Of a stretch of 64,000 nt of DNA, positions 1 to 9,029 are shown in pieces. The notes beneath the pieces were generated by a model. It worked only from the letters and a program-made list of their open reading frames with translations, made no database searches and had not been told where the DNA came from. The stretch's first letter is position 1. The number at the start of each line of letters is the position of its first letter. The translations under genes and the position numbers were made by a program. Source of the DNA: a virus; IMG/VR virus record IMGVR_UViG_3300049218_000295, positions 32,001 to 96,000 of that record; one strand, given 5' to 3'.

Positions 1-404
1 GGGATGCGGACTGGCCTCCATGGACGCCATGCCGGATCATTTGAACCCTGTTTTTGAAGGGCTCTTGGAATAGCGTGCATAAGACCCGACTGGCGGGCTT
101 GCATGTCCTTGATCTTCTTAATAGGGCTGTTTTTGGGATCGAATTCTTCTTCGATCTTGCATCCAGAGCCGCTGAAATGCTGCGTCTTGGAGTCGTAGTT
201 GGTGCAAAGCAGAGGAAAGCGCTTCCCTGATTTGGTTTCCAACCAGTGGGCAGCCGTCATAAACAACGGACCGAAGAAGCGGTAGCGATACCACTGTCCG
301 TCCTTTGGAATGTCGTAGTAGGGGACCTTGTCGTCCCAGCGGGGTTTGCGGGCAGAAAGCCCTGAGAAGCCGGAGTTCTGTTGCGGTAATGGTGCGTTAT
401 TCAT
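1..404 (-). CDS. gp32-like single-stranded DNA-binding protein (partial, runs off the left edge)
   Basis: Not in the ORF track. Manual translation from ATG 404 (SD GAAAGGAA): MNNAPLPQQNSGFSG...WYRYRFFGP...HWLETKSGKRFPLLC...GC. The R-F-x-x-P / HW / C..C pattern resembles phage gp32-family SSBs. Confidence 0.55.
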   Translation of the reverse strand, partial: MNNAPLPQQNSGFSGLSARKPRWDDKVPYYDIPKDGQWYRYRFFGPLFMTAAHWLETKSGKRFPLLCTNYDSKTQHFSGSGCKIEEEFDPKNSPIKKIKDMQARQSGLMHAIPRALQKQGSNDPAWRPWRPVRI

Positions 405-520
405 AGCGTTTCCTTTCAATTGAGCGTTAACTGCGTTACCGACTTTACTGGACGTTTTATTTGCGTTACCAGTGCAATCGGACAAAGACAAAGTAACATC
501 GGCTTTTTATAAGAGCGTAA

Positions 521-2149
521 CTATGTTACTGCTTTAAAGTTGAAGCCCAAAGCCGCGAGGTTTTGTGTCAACGCTTCTGTAGTTCGAGTTTTAAGGTCGA
601 TTTCCCGGTTCGGGACCAAATCAAGCATGCCGTGGCGCAGCGCCAGAACTTGCAGCTCTTGGTGGGTTAAATCGGCCTTGTCGCAATATTCAACGAGGAG
701 TGCCGTAAAGTCTTCACCTTCATTGCCGATTTTGTCCTCATCGGTCATGATATCCTCTAGAGTGAGCTTCTCTTCGGAGTCATAAGTGCGATTGAGACTA
801 TAGACTTGGGCAATACGAATAGTGTGATAGACCGATTTAGCCTTCTTGATGGACATTTTCGCAGCAGTCGCGATCTTGTCAATATTTTCATCATCGGCCC
901 CAATTTTGGCTTTGGCCTTTTCGAGCTGAGTGTAGGCTTGCCAAGTCGAGACCGGCAATTTCACAAAGTTTGCATCTTCTTTGATGGAAAGCAAGATCAT
1001 TTGCTTAATCCACCACTTGGCCACTGAAGCGAAGGAAGCCGAGCGAATGGTAGAATAACAACTCACGGCCCTCATTAAACCCAAGGAGCCATTCTGAAAG
1101 TTGTCAAGCATTTGGTGCGCATTGCGAGCAGTGCTTCGGGCTGCTGAATAAACCGTGCGCAAATAAGGCTCGATGATGATAGCCCGTTTGCGGGTGTAAT
1201 CCGCGTGCACTTTGGCGGCATCGCGAGCTACTGCGAAAGCTGAACGTTGGAATAGCAACTTTTTGTCCAATTCGCGGATAAGTTCCACTAGGCGATGATG
1301 TTCATCAGCCCGCCCTGCGAGTTTTGCGTTGAGGGCCACCCAGTGTAGTTCTTCATAATAGGCCGTCTTCTCAACAAAATCACGTAGGATATCTTCATAG
1401 ACGCCGCGAATAAAAGCACACTTCTTAACCGCCTCATCGATTTCGCGAACCGAAGGCTTTTTCTTAGGTCCTGACTCCGCAAATAGCCGGAAGGTGTCAT
1501 AGGAGTTCCGAAGGAACCGGACCTCATGGTCCTTGAAGGTGCCCCTCGACTGCTGCTTGGCGTTTTCCTTTTCATCTTCAGAAAGGTCTTCGCGCTCGTA
1601 AATGTTTTTGCCATAAGTGTTACCAGCAGCGACCTTAACCACCACTTGATAAAGACTTTCGAGGTAGACCTCTGAAAGCTCTAGAATAGCATAAACCATT
1701 GGAAAGACAGCAGCATCGATTTCCAGAAATAGACGATGCACTTCCTTCTGAGGAAGGAGCGGAACAGAAAACACCAGTCTGCGCAAGTCACGTAAAATCT
1801 GCTCGTCAGAGCCACCAACAGGTCCACGATACTCAGGGTCAATGCGAGTGCGGGCAGCAATTTCGGCTGGGTGTAAGCCTTCCCAGGTTGGGGGCTCAGC
1901 CTCTTCGTCGGTCTCATCGGCTTCATCAATCGAGATGACTACCTTTTCTTCGAGTTCATCATCGTCGTCAGTGGAATCAAGCTCAATGTAGGCAGGCAGG
2001 AGGTCCGAGCTATCCTCACCGTCAATAGCTACAGAACGAATCCGGTTGCGGATGGTATCAAGATCATCAGGGCTCTGAAAATCCGTTTCACTAAATCCAA
2101 AATCTTCTTTGCCAAATTCACCCGACTTCCGGGTGGAGGGTTTAACCAT
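521..2149 (-). CDS. RNA polymerase sigma-70 family factor (RpoD-sized, degenerate region 4)
   Basis: Region 2 motif DNFQNGSLGLMRAV...FASVAKWWIKQMI, then VKLPV, acidic N-terminus, and LTHQELQVLALRHGM (region 4.1). Confidence 0.9.
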   Translation of the reverse strand: MVKPSTRKSGEFGKEDFGFSETDFQSPDDLDTIRNRIRSVAIDGEDSSDLLPAYIELDSTDDDDELEEKVVISIDEADETDEEAEPPTWEGLHPAEIAARTRIDPEYRGPVGGSDEQILRDLRRLVFSVPLLPQKEVHRLFLEIDAAVFPMVYAILELSEVYLESLYQVVVKVAAGNTYGKNIYEREDLSEDEKENAKQQSRGTFKDHEVRFLRNSYDTFRLFAESGPKKKPSVREIDEAVKKCAFIRGVYEDILRDFVEKTAYYEELHWVALNAKLAGRADEHHRLVELIRELDKKLLFQRSAFAVARDAAKVHADYTRKRAIIIEPYLRTVYSAARSTARNAHQMLDNFQNGSLGLMRAVSCYSTIRSASFASVAKWWIKQMILLSIKEDANFVKLPVSTWQAYTQLEKAKAKIGADDENIDKIATAAKMSIKKAKSVYHTIRIAQVYSLNRTYDSEEKLTLEDIMTDEDKIGNEGEDFTALLVEYCDKADLTHQELQVLALRHGMLDLVPNREIDLKTRTTEALTQNLAALGFNFKAVT

Positions 2150-2205
2150 AGCACTGCCTTCCTTGGATGTGACGGGGTTACACAGCCCCTACCTCTTTTT
2201 ACGGT

Positions 2206-2212
2206 TTATCTT
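2206..2212 (+). promoter_or_regulatory. putative phage promoter element TTATCTT
   Basis: Exact heptamer recurring upstream of several start codons; here 18 nt before ATG 2231. Confidence 0.55.
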
Positions 2213-2230
2213 TTATATAGGGACACCCAT

Positions 2231-2788
2231 ATGCTGACTGTGCGTCAACTCATCTTACTCACCCATAACCATCGCCGGTCCATAATGGACAAAGCGAAGT
2301 CTGTGGCTGTCCGTTTTGTTAAAATTACTGAGGACTATGACGACGATGGTGACCCCGTACGAGAAGTTTTAGCCATCTGCCATGGGGAAACCGTTGATCG
2401 ACGCGTTGTGATGCGCTTTTATGGAAAGGGTGCGAACGCCCACGTTTGGGTTTCTTGTGATTGCGAATACTTCCTATATCACTGCGAAGTGGCAGACCAG
2501 CGTAAGGGAAATACTGATATCGAATACTCCAATGGCCGTTGGCCAAAAGAGACCAATCCACGCGGTATCGCCCACCTCTGTAAGCACATTGTAGCGTGTA
2601 TATCACATGGGGCCGCTGATAAGCGAGCCCTCCCTAAAAAGGCTCCGCCCAAAAAAGTTACGAAACCCGGACCAAAAGAGGCACCGGAAACCGAAAAGAA
2701 AACCGCACCAAAGACCAGCACACCTAGCGGTCCGAGTGGTCCAGGATTACAGCGCCTAGGCCGTAGTGGGCGAATGGGCGGCAAGTAA
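2231..2788 (+). CDS. SWIM zinc-finger protein with basic Pro/Lys tail
   Basis: VSCDCEYF...LCKH (CxC...CxH) SWIM signature. Confidence 0.75.
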   Translation: MLTVRQLILLTHNHRRSIMDKAKSVAVRFVKITEDYDDDGDPVREVLAICHGETVDRRVVMRFYGKGANAHVWVSCDCEYFLYHCEVADQRKGNTDIEYSNGRWPKETNPRGIAHLCKHIVACISHGAADKRALPKKAPPKKVTKPGPKEAPETEKKTAPKTSTPSGPSGPGLQRLGRSGRMGGK

Positions 2789-3292
2789 GAAGGCGAGCTG
2801 GGCAAGACTCCACGGGTTCACCAGTCCGAGGTCATAACCATTAAACATCTGAATGTAGTCCACCGAGGTGGTCCCATCCCCATCCTTATCTATTATACCA
2901 CGGTTTAAGAAATCGACTAAGCCGCCAATTCCCAAAAGGTGGCAGCAGGCCAGAGCCCCAGACATTGTCACCAAAACTCCTTGAACCTCAGTCCCAATTT
3001 TGGGACCGCAGTCTTTATTGATGGAGCCTATCAAGTTGACAACATGGTTGTCAAAAACCGCGTCTTGGAGTTGGCTTGAATTTAGAAAACCTTCTTTAGA
3101 AAAGGGGGTGACCCATTGAAAATCACTGTTAGCGTAGCCCCTTGTTCCGGGTATTCTGCTGGCTAGACCAAAATCGGTAAGCCGAGCCATGCCAAATTGG
3201 TAGCGCCCCAAATAACCAAATTGGTTGGTGCACAGGTAGTTGTTACTGGATTCCTTCAGACCAATGGCATCTCGAAAATCGTCGTAGTTCAT
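2756..3292 (-). CDS. lysozyme-fold peptidoglycan hydrolase / lytic transglycosylase
   Basis: Catalytic ES motif (LKESSNNY) followed by N..GYLGRYQFG. Confidence 0.75.
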   Translation of the reverse strand: MNYDDFRDAIGLKESSNNYLCTNQFGYLGRYQFGMARLTDFGLASRIPGTRGYANSDFQWVTPFSKEGFLNSSQLQDAVFDNHVVNLIGSINKDCGPKIGTEVQGVLVTMSGALACCHLLGIGGLVDFLNRGIIDKDGDGTTSVDYIQMFNGYDLGLVNPWSLAQLAFLLAAHSPTTA

Positions 3293-3301
3293 ATATAAAA
3301 A

Positions 3302-5728
3302 TTAAGCAGCACTTTCGATGGTGAGCACCGTCCAGTGATTTTCTTTAGTGAGAAGCCAAGAACTTTCGTATACTGCGGCTTGCTTAATGACACTATCGTG
3401 CGAGATAATGAAGACGCTGGAGTATTTCTCTCGCAAAAAGGGTAATAGCTCATTTACAAACAAGTATTGTCCGGTGGCATCGAGGTTGGCATCTACTTCA
3501 TCCAAGATGAGTAAGTTGGTTTGCTTACTTCGTACTACGCAATCCGCAAGAGTGAGAACTAAAGCCACTGAAAGCCTCTTTTTCTCCCCACCTGAAAAAG
3601 TAGCAATATCATGAAAGAACTCATAAGGCACCATTTTGGCAGCGCCATTCTCATCTTCCTCTTCCTTCAAACCGGTCCGATGAGCATTAATAAAGATGTT
3701 ACCAGCGTCGCAGACGTGGGAGAAGCTCAAACCCTTTTCTCGGAATAGGAACTGCGCGTAGTAGGGTAATCGCGAGATCACCATGTCCATAATCTTTTTG
3801 AGTTGCTGGACCCGGAGCCCCTTAGGACCAAAGGCATCAACCATCCCTTCCCAGTAAGCTTGCATCTGCCGAAACTCAGGGAGCATCCCAAGTCGCTGGT
3901 TCAAAGAGTCTAGCTGGGAGCGAAGTCTGGTATAACGGTCGTTCTGTCCTTTTAATTCGCCATGTTTGGTGCGCAGTTCGGCCTCGGTCTGGGCGGCCTC
4001 GTTTTCTTGTTGGCAAAGCTCGCCATAGGTCACGTCCAGTAATTCTATGGTTCCTTTGGGAGTATAATTCAGCTTAGCCAATTCTTGCTGCGCTTGGACG
4101 CAAGTGCGGAGTTGCCTAATAATAGACTCACACTCGGCGATCTCCTTTACCAAGGAATCGCTAGAGGTCTCGCTCTCAATCGGTTGAAATTGCGAGCTGG
4201 TGAGGCGCAAAGACACGTCTTGGTACTTGCGCAAAGGCTGCTGGTAATCCAGAAACAAAAACAATTGGTCAGAATCTTGCTCAGTGAACAGTTCGAGTGA
4301 ACCAAGCTGCTTTTCAAGTTCTTTGCGCTTTAAGATTCCATTATTCTTGTTCTCAATAACTTTAAGGTCCTGCATGACATCAGTATACTGGGCTTGGAGT
4401 TCTGGGACGCGGTCCAATTCGGATTGCACTGTGCCAACATCGTGTTCGGAGCCACATGTAGGGCATTTGCCATCCTTGAGTGCTTCGGACCTTGTCTTGA
4501 TGTGCTGAATTTCGCTATACAGTCTCTGAGCCTCGCACACCAAATCCAAGGTAGAAATTTGCTCGGGGTTCTGAGGAAGACTCGCAATTTCTTTTTGGAG
4601 GGACTGCTGTCGTTGAACAAGATTTTTGCGGTTCTGTAGCTCCGCAATTTTGGTGGAAAGGTCAATCCCGCTAGACAAAATTTCTGGCAGCTTAGAGTAC
4701 TGAGACTCTAGAGACCTTTTAACGCTTTCAAGCTCTGCAATTTGAGCATTGTTTTGTTGGGCACGAGCATTGCGAACTTTAATTTGCTCGCAATCTTTGA
4801 GGCTCACTTGCAAGGTAGAACGCCGCTGCTCCATCTCGTTCAGGCTCTCTTGGGCCGAGTCAAAAGCTTCAGCCTCGGGCAAAAGCTCCAAATACCGGGC
4901 GAACAGGAGTCTTTCCTGCTGCAAGGCTCTTTGTTGTCCTGCAAGGTCTTTTCTGTTCAGTTCAATTTGCTTGATTTGGGACTCGATTGGTCCAAGATCC
5001 TGGTAGCTGTATTGGATGATTTCGGTCGCGAGGGTCTCCTGAGTGTGAACCAGACCGCCAAGCTTTTCAATCTCATCTGTCACTTTATTGCGCTCGGCTT
5101 TGGCCTCTTCAAGGACCTTGTCGTAACGGTCATCCAAGTTAAAAAAATCCGAAATGTAGGCTTTGCGTTCTGATGGTTTACCGTCAATCAAAACATGCAT
5201 ATTGTTTTGGGTAAGATGAACCGAACCTTCGAACTCTTCCTTGGTAAGACCAATGATTTTCGCGACCTGCTTTTTCTGGTCGGGATAGCCATGCGCGGTC
5301 TCGTCGCGACCAAGAAATTTGCAATCCTTCCGAGTACAAACCGCAGTCTTGTTCACCTTATCATATTTGAACTTATGGTCGCATTCGGGGGTGCCCATTC
5401 CGTTAACGGCAAGAACTTTATAGTTCCACTTGCCCTTTTGACGGAAATGGATGATATGGTAAATTTGTTCCGCTTCCTTTCGAAGCAATTCGACATGCAC
5501 CGCCGCGTCTTGGTCGTCGCGAATGAGAGCGTCGCCTTTGTGCCCACCGACTCCGGGCAACGAGCCGAAAAGGCAAGTCTCAACGAGCCCCCAAATCGAA
5601 CTTTTGCCTACTCCATTATCGCCCAAAATCGAGACAATACCTTGCTTGTCTAGGGGAAAATACTGATTGCGATAAACCAGGCTATTTTTGACACGAAGAG
5701 ACAGAAACTGAAGGTCTGGTGATGACAT
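3302..5728 (-). CDS. SbcC/Rad50/gp46-like recombination ATPase
   Basis: Walker A GDNGVGKSS, coiled coil with zinc hook CPTCG, signature FSGGEKKR, Walker B LILDEVD, H-loop IISH. Likely start is ATG 5728 (ORF track 5776). Confidence 0.92.
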   Translation of the reverse strand: MSSPDLQFLSLRVKNSLVYRNQYFPLDKQGIVSILGDNGVGKSSIWGLVETCLFGSLPGVGGHKGDALIRDDQDAAVHVELLRKEAEQIYHIIHFRQKGKWNYKVLAVNGMGTPECDHKFKYDKVNKTAVCTRKDCKFLGRDETAHGYPDQKKQVAKIIGLTKEEFEGSVHLTQNNMHVLIDGKPSERKAYISDFFNLDDRYDKVLEEAKAERNKVTDEIEKLGGLVHTQETLATEIIQYSYQDLGPIESQIKQIELNRKDLAGQQRALQQERLLFARYLELLPEAEAFDSAQESLNEMEQRRSTLQVSLKDCEQIKVRNARAQQNNAQIAELESVKRSLESQYSKLPEILSSGIDLSTKIAELQNRKNLVQRQQSLQKEIASLPQNPEQISTLDLVCEAQRLYSEIQHIKTRSEALKDGKCPTCGSEHDVGTVQSELDRVPELQAQYTDVMQDLKVIENKNNGILKRKELEKQLGSLELFTEQDSDQLFLFLDYQQPLRKYQDVSLRLTSSQFQPIESETSSDSLVKEIAECESIIRQLRTCVQAQQELAKLNYTPKGTIELLDVTYGELCQQENEAAQTEAELRTKHGELKGQNDRYTRLRSQLDSLNQRLGMLPEFRQMQAYWEGMVDAFGPKGLRVQQLKKIMDMVISRLPYYAQFLFREKGLSFSHVCDAGNIFINAHRTGLKEEEDENGAAKMVPYEFFHDIATFSGGEKKRLSVALVLTLADCVVRSKQTNLLILDEVDANLDATGQYLFVNELLPFLREKYSSVFIISHDSVIKQAAVYESSWLLTKENHWTVLTIESAA

Positions 5729-5736
5729 AGCTACTT

Positions 5737-6672
5737 TTAGGCAATCCCGAGTCGGAGTCGGGTCTCGGTCAACCATTCCTCGGGCATGTTTCCTGGGTCA
5801 AGTTCATTGCCAGGAATATGTGGAAGATACAGAATGTCGGTCGGAATTTCAGCTCTTAGAGTCAGAAAGATCTCCTGGGCCGCCTTATAACCCGCTGCGT
5901 CCCCATCCATCAAAATGAGCACTTTAGGTGGGTTCTTGGCAATTATGTAGCTTTTCTTGATGTCCGACCAGTTACTGGTCCCAAAAAGGGCTACGGCTGG
6001 GATGCCTTCTGCCATTAATCTTAGGGCATCAAAGTGGCCTTCGACCAATACGATTGGGGAGCCTGTTTTAATATAGTCATACAGAAACAAAACACTTTTG
6101 GTATCGGCGAAGGTCATGTACTTGGGAGTGTAAGGCTTTAGAGCGCACACCGTGTAGCCGAGATACCGCTGGTTCATGGTAAGGGGCAAGTGCATCCAAT
6201 CCATATCAATGTCTTGCTGCCACCAAAATTTAGCGCCAAAGCTTTCGTAGAAAGCTTTACCATAGCCACGCCATTTGAAGCCATCCGGGAGTGGTTCCAA
6301 TCCAGTGCGGACTTCAACTGTACTCTCCTTTAAAGGAGAGAGGTGCTTCAAGGAGGTCGCAAGCAGCTCGAAAGGGTTATCCTTGTCAGTGAGCTTGCCC
6401 GCTTGACCGTAATCAAGCGTTTGGAGTCTAAGCGCCCGAGCAAGAGTGTTCCAGTGCCCATGTGCTTTGCACGACCAACATTTGTAGATACCAGGCATCT
6501 TGGTGTGCCCGACATGGACTTCCAGACTGGGGTTGGAGTCGTTATGAAAACAACAGAGGATGACCATTTCCTCGCCGTTGCGTTTCATTTTTCCGCCTAC
6601 TCTGGACAGCTCGGAAATGACATGGTCCCGGATTTTCGGATAAGAAAGCTCAGTCAATCCATTCTCTCCCAA
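5737..6672 (-). CDS. dnaG: DNA primase (CHC2 zinc finger + TOPRIM)
   Basis: CCFHNDSNPS...CWSC, LVEGHFDAL, DGDAAG. Start may be TTG 6657. Confidence 0.88.
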   Translation of the reverse strand: MGENGLTELSYPKIRDHVISELSRVGGKMKRNGEEMVILCCFHNDSNPSLEVHVGHTKMPGIYKCWSCKAHGHWNTLARALRLQTLDYGQAGKLTDKDNPFELLATSLKHLSPLKESTVEVRTGLEPLPDGFKWRGYGKAFYESFGAKFWWQQDIDMDWMHLPLTMNQRYLGYTVCALKPYTPKYMTFADTKSVLFLYDYIKTGSPIVLVEGHFDALRLMAEGIPAVALFGTSNWSDIKKSYIIAKNPPKVLILMDGDAAGYKAAQEIFLTLRAEIPTDILYLPHIPGNELDPGNMPEEWLTETRLRLGIA

Positions 6673-7174
6673 GCAGGCTTTTGCACAGCTCTTCGCCTCT
6701 CGGGGTCTTCTTATCCCCTTTAGAGAGATTATCCGCTTGCGTCAACCATTGAAGATTGCTGTAGTGCCAGAGCCTAAGCATTTCAGCCTCGTTTTTAGCC
6801 TGTGATAATGGGCAAACGTGGTCTATGTGGGCTCCACTGTGTGGTTTCGGTCCTAACGTCTGGTTCACTTGCTGCGGGGTGGCGCACAGCAAGTCAAAAG
6901 TTTTGCTGCGTTTAACAAGTCCCAGCCGTCTAAAGGTCTCTCTGACCAAATGCCTAATTTGCCTGGTTCTACCGCCAATGGTGTCTTTGTCTTCTGTTTC
7001 TAGCCGCTTAGACCGCGCCATCGAGGCCTGAACTTTGCGTTTCTTTACCTCAGGATTCTCACAGTGCTCTTTATCCCAAGCGCGTTTTCTGGCGGCAGCC
7101 GCCATTCGCTCTTCGATTGGGCGTGATGCTCGATAGGCCCTCTGTTGGGCGTTGAATTCCCCGCATGAGCACAT
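6650..7174 (-). CDS. free-standing HNH homing endonuclease
   Basis: HIDHVCPLS...HYSNLQWL...DNLSK. Likely start is ATG 7174, right after the upstream stop. Confidence 0.8.
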   Translation of the reverse strand: MCSCGEFNAQQRAYRASRPIEERMAAAARKRAWDKEHCENPEVKKRKVQASMARSKRLETEDKDTIGGRTRQIRHLVRETFRRLGLVKRSKTFDLLCATPQQVNQTLGPKPHSGAHIDHVCPLSQAKNEAEMLRLWHYSNLQWLTQADNLSKGDKKTPRGEELCKSLLGREWID

Positions 7175-7175
7175 G

Positions 7176-7706
7176 TTACTCTTTTGGGGTTCCGACGTCG
7201 ACTTCCAAGGTGGTGATTTGGTCGGGGACCAAGTGTTGTTCATAAGCTACCGCATTTTGAGGTTTAAACCCACCGTGGGCTAACAAGATAGTTTTACCTC
7301 CAACCGCAATAAGGCAACCTACTTGTTCTGGTGTTTTCCCAGGTATGACGGTAAAATATTTGGATTTGTTGTCGACTTTGTAGAATGTCTCTAGGGTAGT
7401 CAAGAAGATGTTGTTCCGGACCTTGACGGATGAGAGAGCCGCTTTCATACCACCATCATAAAGCCGTCGGGCCAAGAATTCGGATGTCAGGAGGGTTTGA
7501 GGACCGTCCGCTAAAACTCGACTCACCACTGCTGGATGAGAAAGACCATAAACGCTGTGTTGGTCGAGTGAAAGCAGAATAACTGGGCCGCGATGGTTTG
7601 CAGTATTGCCATCCACTGTTGCCAGCGTCCGAGACGTGGAACCGTCTTTCAAAGAGACCGAGAAGCCTTCGTGTTTCTGTTCAAGCCGGGTCAGTACGAA
7701 TTGCAT
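7176..7706 (-). CDS. hypothetical protein, possibly a degenerate metallo-beta-lactamase fold
   Basis: In-operon ORF. VILLSLDQHSVYGL and GCLIAVGGKTILLAHG loosely echo MBL motifs but lack the HxHxDH ligands. Confidence 0.45.
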   Translation of the reverse strand: MQFVLTRLEQKHEGFSVSLKDGSTSRTLATVDGNTANHRGPVILLSLDQHSVYGLSHPAVVSRVLADGPQTLLTSEFLARRLYDGGMKAALSSVKVRNNIFLTTLETFYKVDNKSKYFTVIPGKTPEQVGCLIAVGGKTILLAHGGFKPQNAVAYEQHLVPDQITTLEVDVGTPKE

Positions 7707-7911
7707 TGGTCTCTCCGAGACGCTGTTTCATTTCACCAATCCACACCTCAAAAACGTAAATTAGGTCTTCTGCGGAGAGTGGGTTGGCCGAGTTCATGAC
7801 AACTGTGGCCTTTTTCTGGTCCTCTGAAATTTGGATATCAAAGTCCACATTGAAACCCTCATCGATTTCAGTGACTGGGTCTACTTGAGGACTCGGGGCA
7901 GCATCTTCCAT
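7681..7911 (-). CDS. small acidic hypothetical protein (76 aa)
   Basis: 3' part of ORF 7681..8355, taken from ATG 7911 (MEDAAPSPQ...). This start avoids overlap with the Cas4-like gene. Confidence 0.55.
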   Translation of the reverse strand: MEDAAPSPQVDPVTEIDEGFNVDFDIQISEDQKKATVVMNSANPLSAEDLIYVFEVWIGEMKQRLGETNAIRTDPA

Positions 7912-7915
7912 GACA

Positions 7916-7932
7916 GTTTTTATCGTAAAAAC
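7916..7932. promoter_or_regulatory. palindromic element in a 27-nt divergent intergenic gap
   Basis: GTTTTTA-TCG-TAAAAAC between ATG 7911(-) and ATG 7939(+). Confidence 0.5.
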
Positions 7933-7938
7933 CAAAAG

Positions 7939-8769
7939 ATGATTAAGCCTGCCTTGCATCAGACCATCACGGATACTCTCAACCACATGTTTATCGAGCC
8001 ACACAGATATTCTTTCCGTGGCTCCTCTCTTCCGTATTGCGCTGTGCATGATTGCATCGTGCGTTGTCAAACCAAAACCAATACCGTTCCGATGCGCCAG
8101 ACCAAATTTGAATGGCGATTGGCTGCGGACATCGGAACCACTATCCACGCACTGCTCCAAAAGGCAATGAGCGAACGTGGAACCATTTATGGCACTTGGA
8201 AGTGTCCTCACTGCAAGGCAGTTTATGGTATGTCCGTAGGTCCGGTGCGTTGCACTCAAACCGAATGTTCGCGTCCAATTTGTGAGTATGTTGAACTTGA
8301 AGTACTTGACCCAGCCTCTGGTTTTTCGGGCCACGTCGACTGTCTGATACCGCACGAGGGCGGGTTTATTTTGTGCGACTTCAAGACCATTTATCGCAAA
8401 AAACTATCCAAACTGCAACTCGACCACAAACACCGCTGTCAAGTTTTTGCCTACAAGTATCTCCTTCAGCGCCCACCCTATAACTTGGACATCCGAGGAC
8501 AGGCTGTGGTTTACTTCCCACGCGAGGATGTATCCCTTTTCGAAATCATTGAGATGGAGAACGACGACCTTTCTGAGGCTGAGTTCACCCGCTACACCAA
8601 GCACAAAGCCGCTGCAGACGCGGCAATGTTAAGCGGAAAGCTTTCGGGGCTCACCGGACTCTGCTCGAACCGCACCGACCAACCTTTCTGCCCCTATAAC
8701 GCCCTTTGCTTTGGTCCCGACCGCAGCACCAACCTGGATGGAGTCTGGCAACGCACCGTTCAGGGTTAA
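7939..8769 (+). CDS. Cas4-like PD-(D/E)XK exonuclease
   Basis: N-terminal Cys, GTTIH, GHVDCL...DFKT, QVFAY, and C-terminal C...CPYNALC (Fe-S ligands), with an inserted CPHC...C..EC ribbon. Likely start is ATG 7939. Confidence 0.85.
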   Translation: MIKPALHQTITDTLNHMFIEPHRYSFRGSSLPYCAVHDCIVRCQTKTNTVPMRQTKFEWRLAADIGTTIHALLQKAMSERGTIYGTWKCPHCKAVYGMSVGPVRCTQTECSRPICEYVELEVLDPASGFSGHVDCLIPHEGGFILCDFKTIYRKKLSKLQLDHKHRCQVFAYKYLLQRPPYNLDIRGQAVVYFPREDVSLFEIIEMENDDLSEAEFTRYTKHKAAADAAMLSGKLSGLTGLCSNRTDQPFCPYNALCFGPDRSTNLDGVWQRTVQG

Positions 8770-8778
8770 TTTAGGTGG

Positions 8779-9027
8779 ATGAGCAGTGTCAAATTACGTG
8801 CCAGTTATGATAGTGCGCCGCTGCATGGACGCATAAGCGTCTCCCAAGCATCTAGCACTTTCCCGACCCAATACACCCTCAAACTTCTGCACGAAGTTAA
8901 CGGACTCATCACCCCGCGCCTTTCCACTTTCCGGACCATGAATGAAGCTATTGCGCACGCGAGTCACTACGGCTTCTTATCGCAAAATTGGGTGGTCCAA
9001 ACTCTACAGATTCCGGACCAGGTGTAA
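8779..9027 (+). CDS. hypothetical protein
   Basis: 82-aa ORF with TTAATTT 6 nt upstream; leads into the fibre genes. Confidence 0.6.
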   Translation: MSSVKLRASYDSAPLHGRISVSQASSTFPTQYTLKLLHEVNGLITPRLSTFRTMNEAIAHASHYGFLSQNWVVQTLQIPDQV

Positions 9028-9029
9028 CG

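Noticed and set aside
7939-8769. Cas4-like gene as evidence of a CRISPR-Cas system
   Set aside because: No array or other cas genes were seen; solo Cas4-like nucleases are common in phage replication modules.
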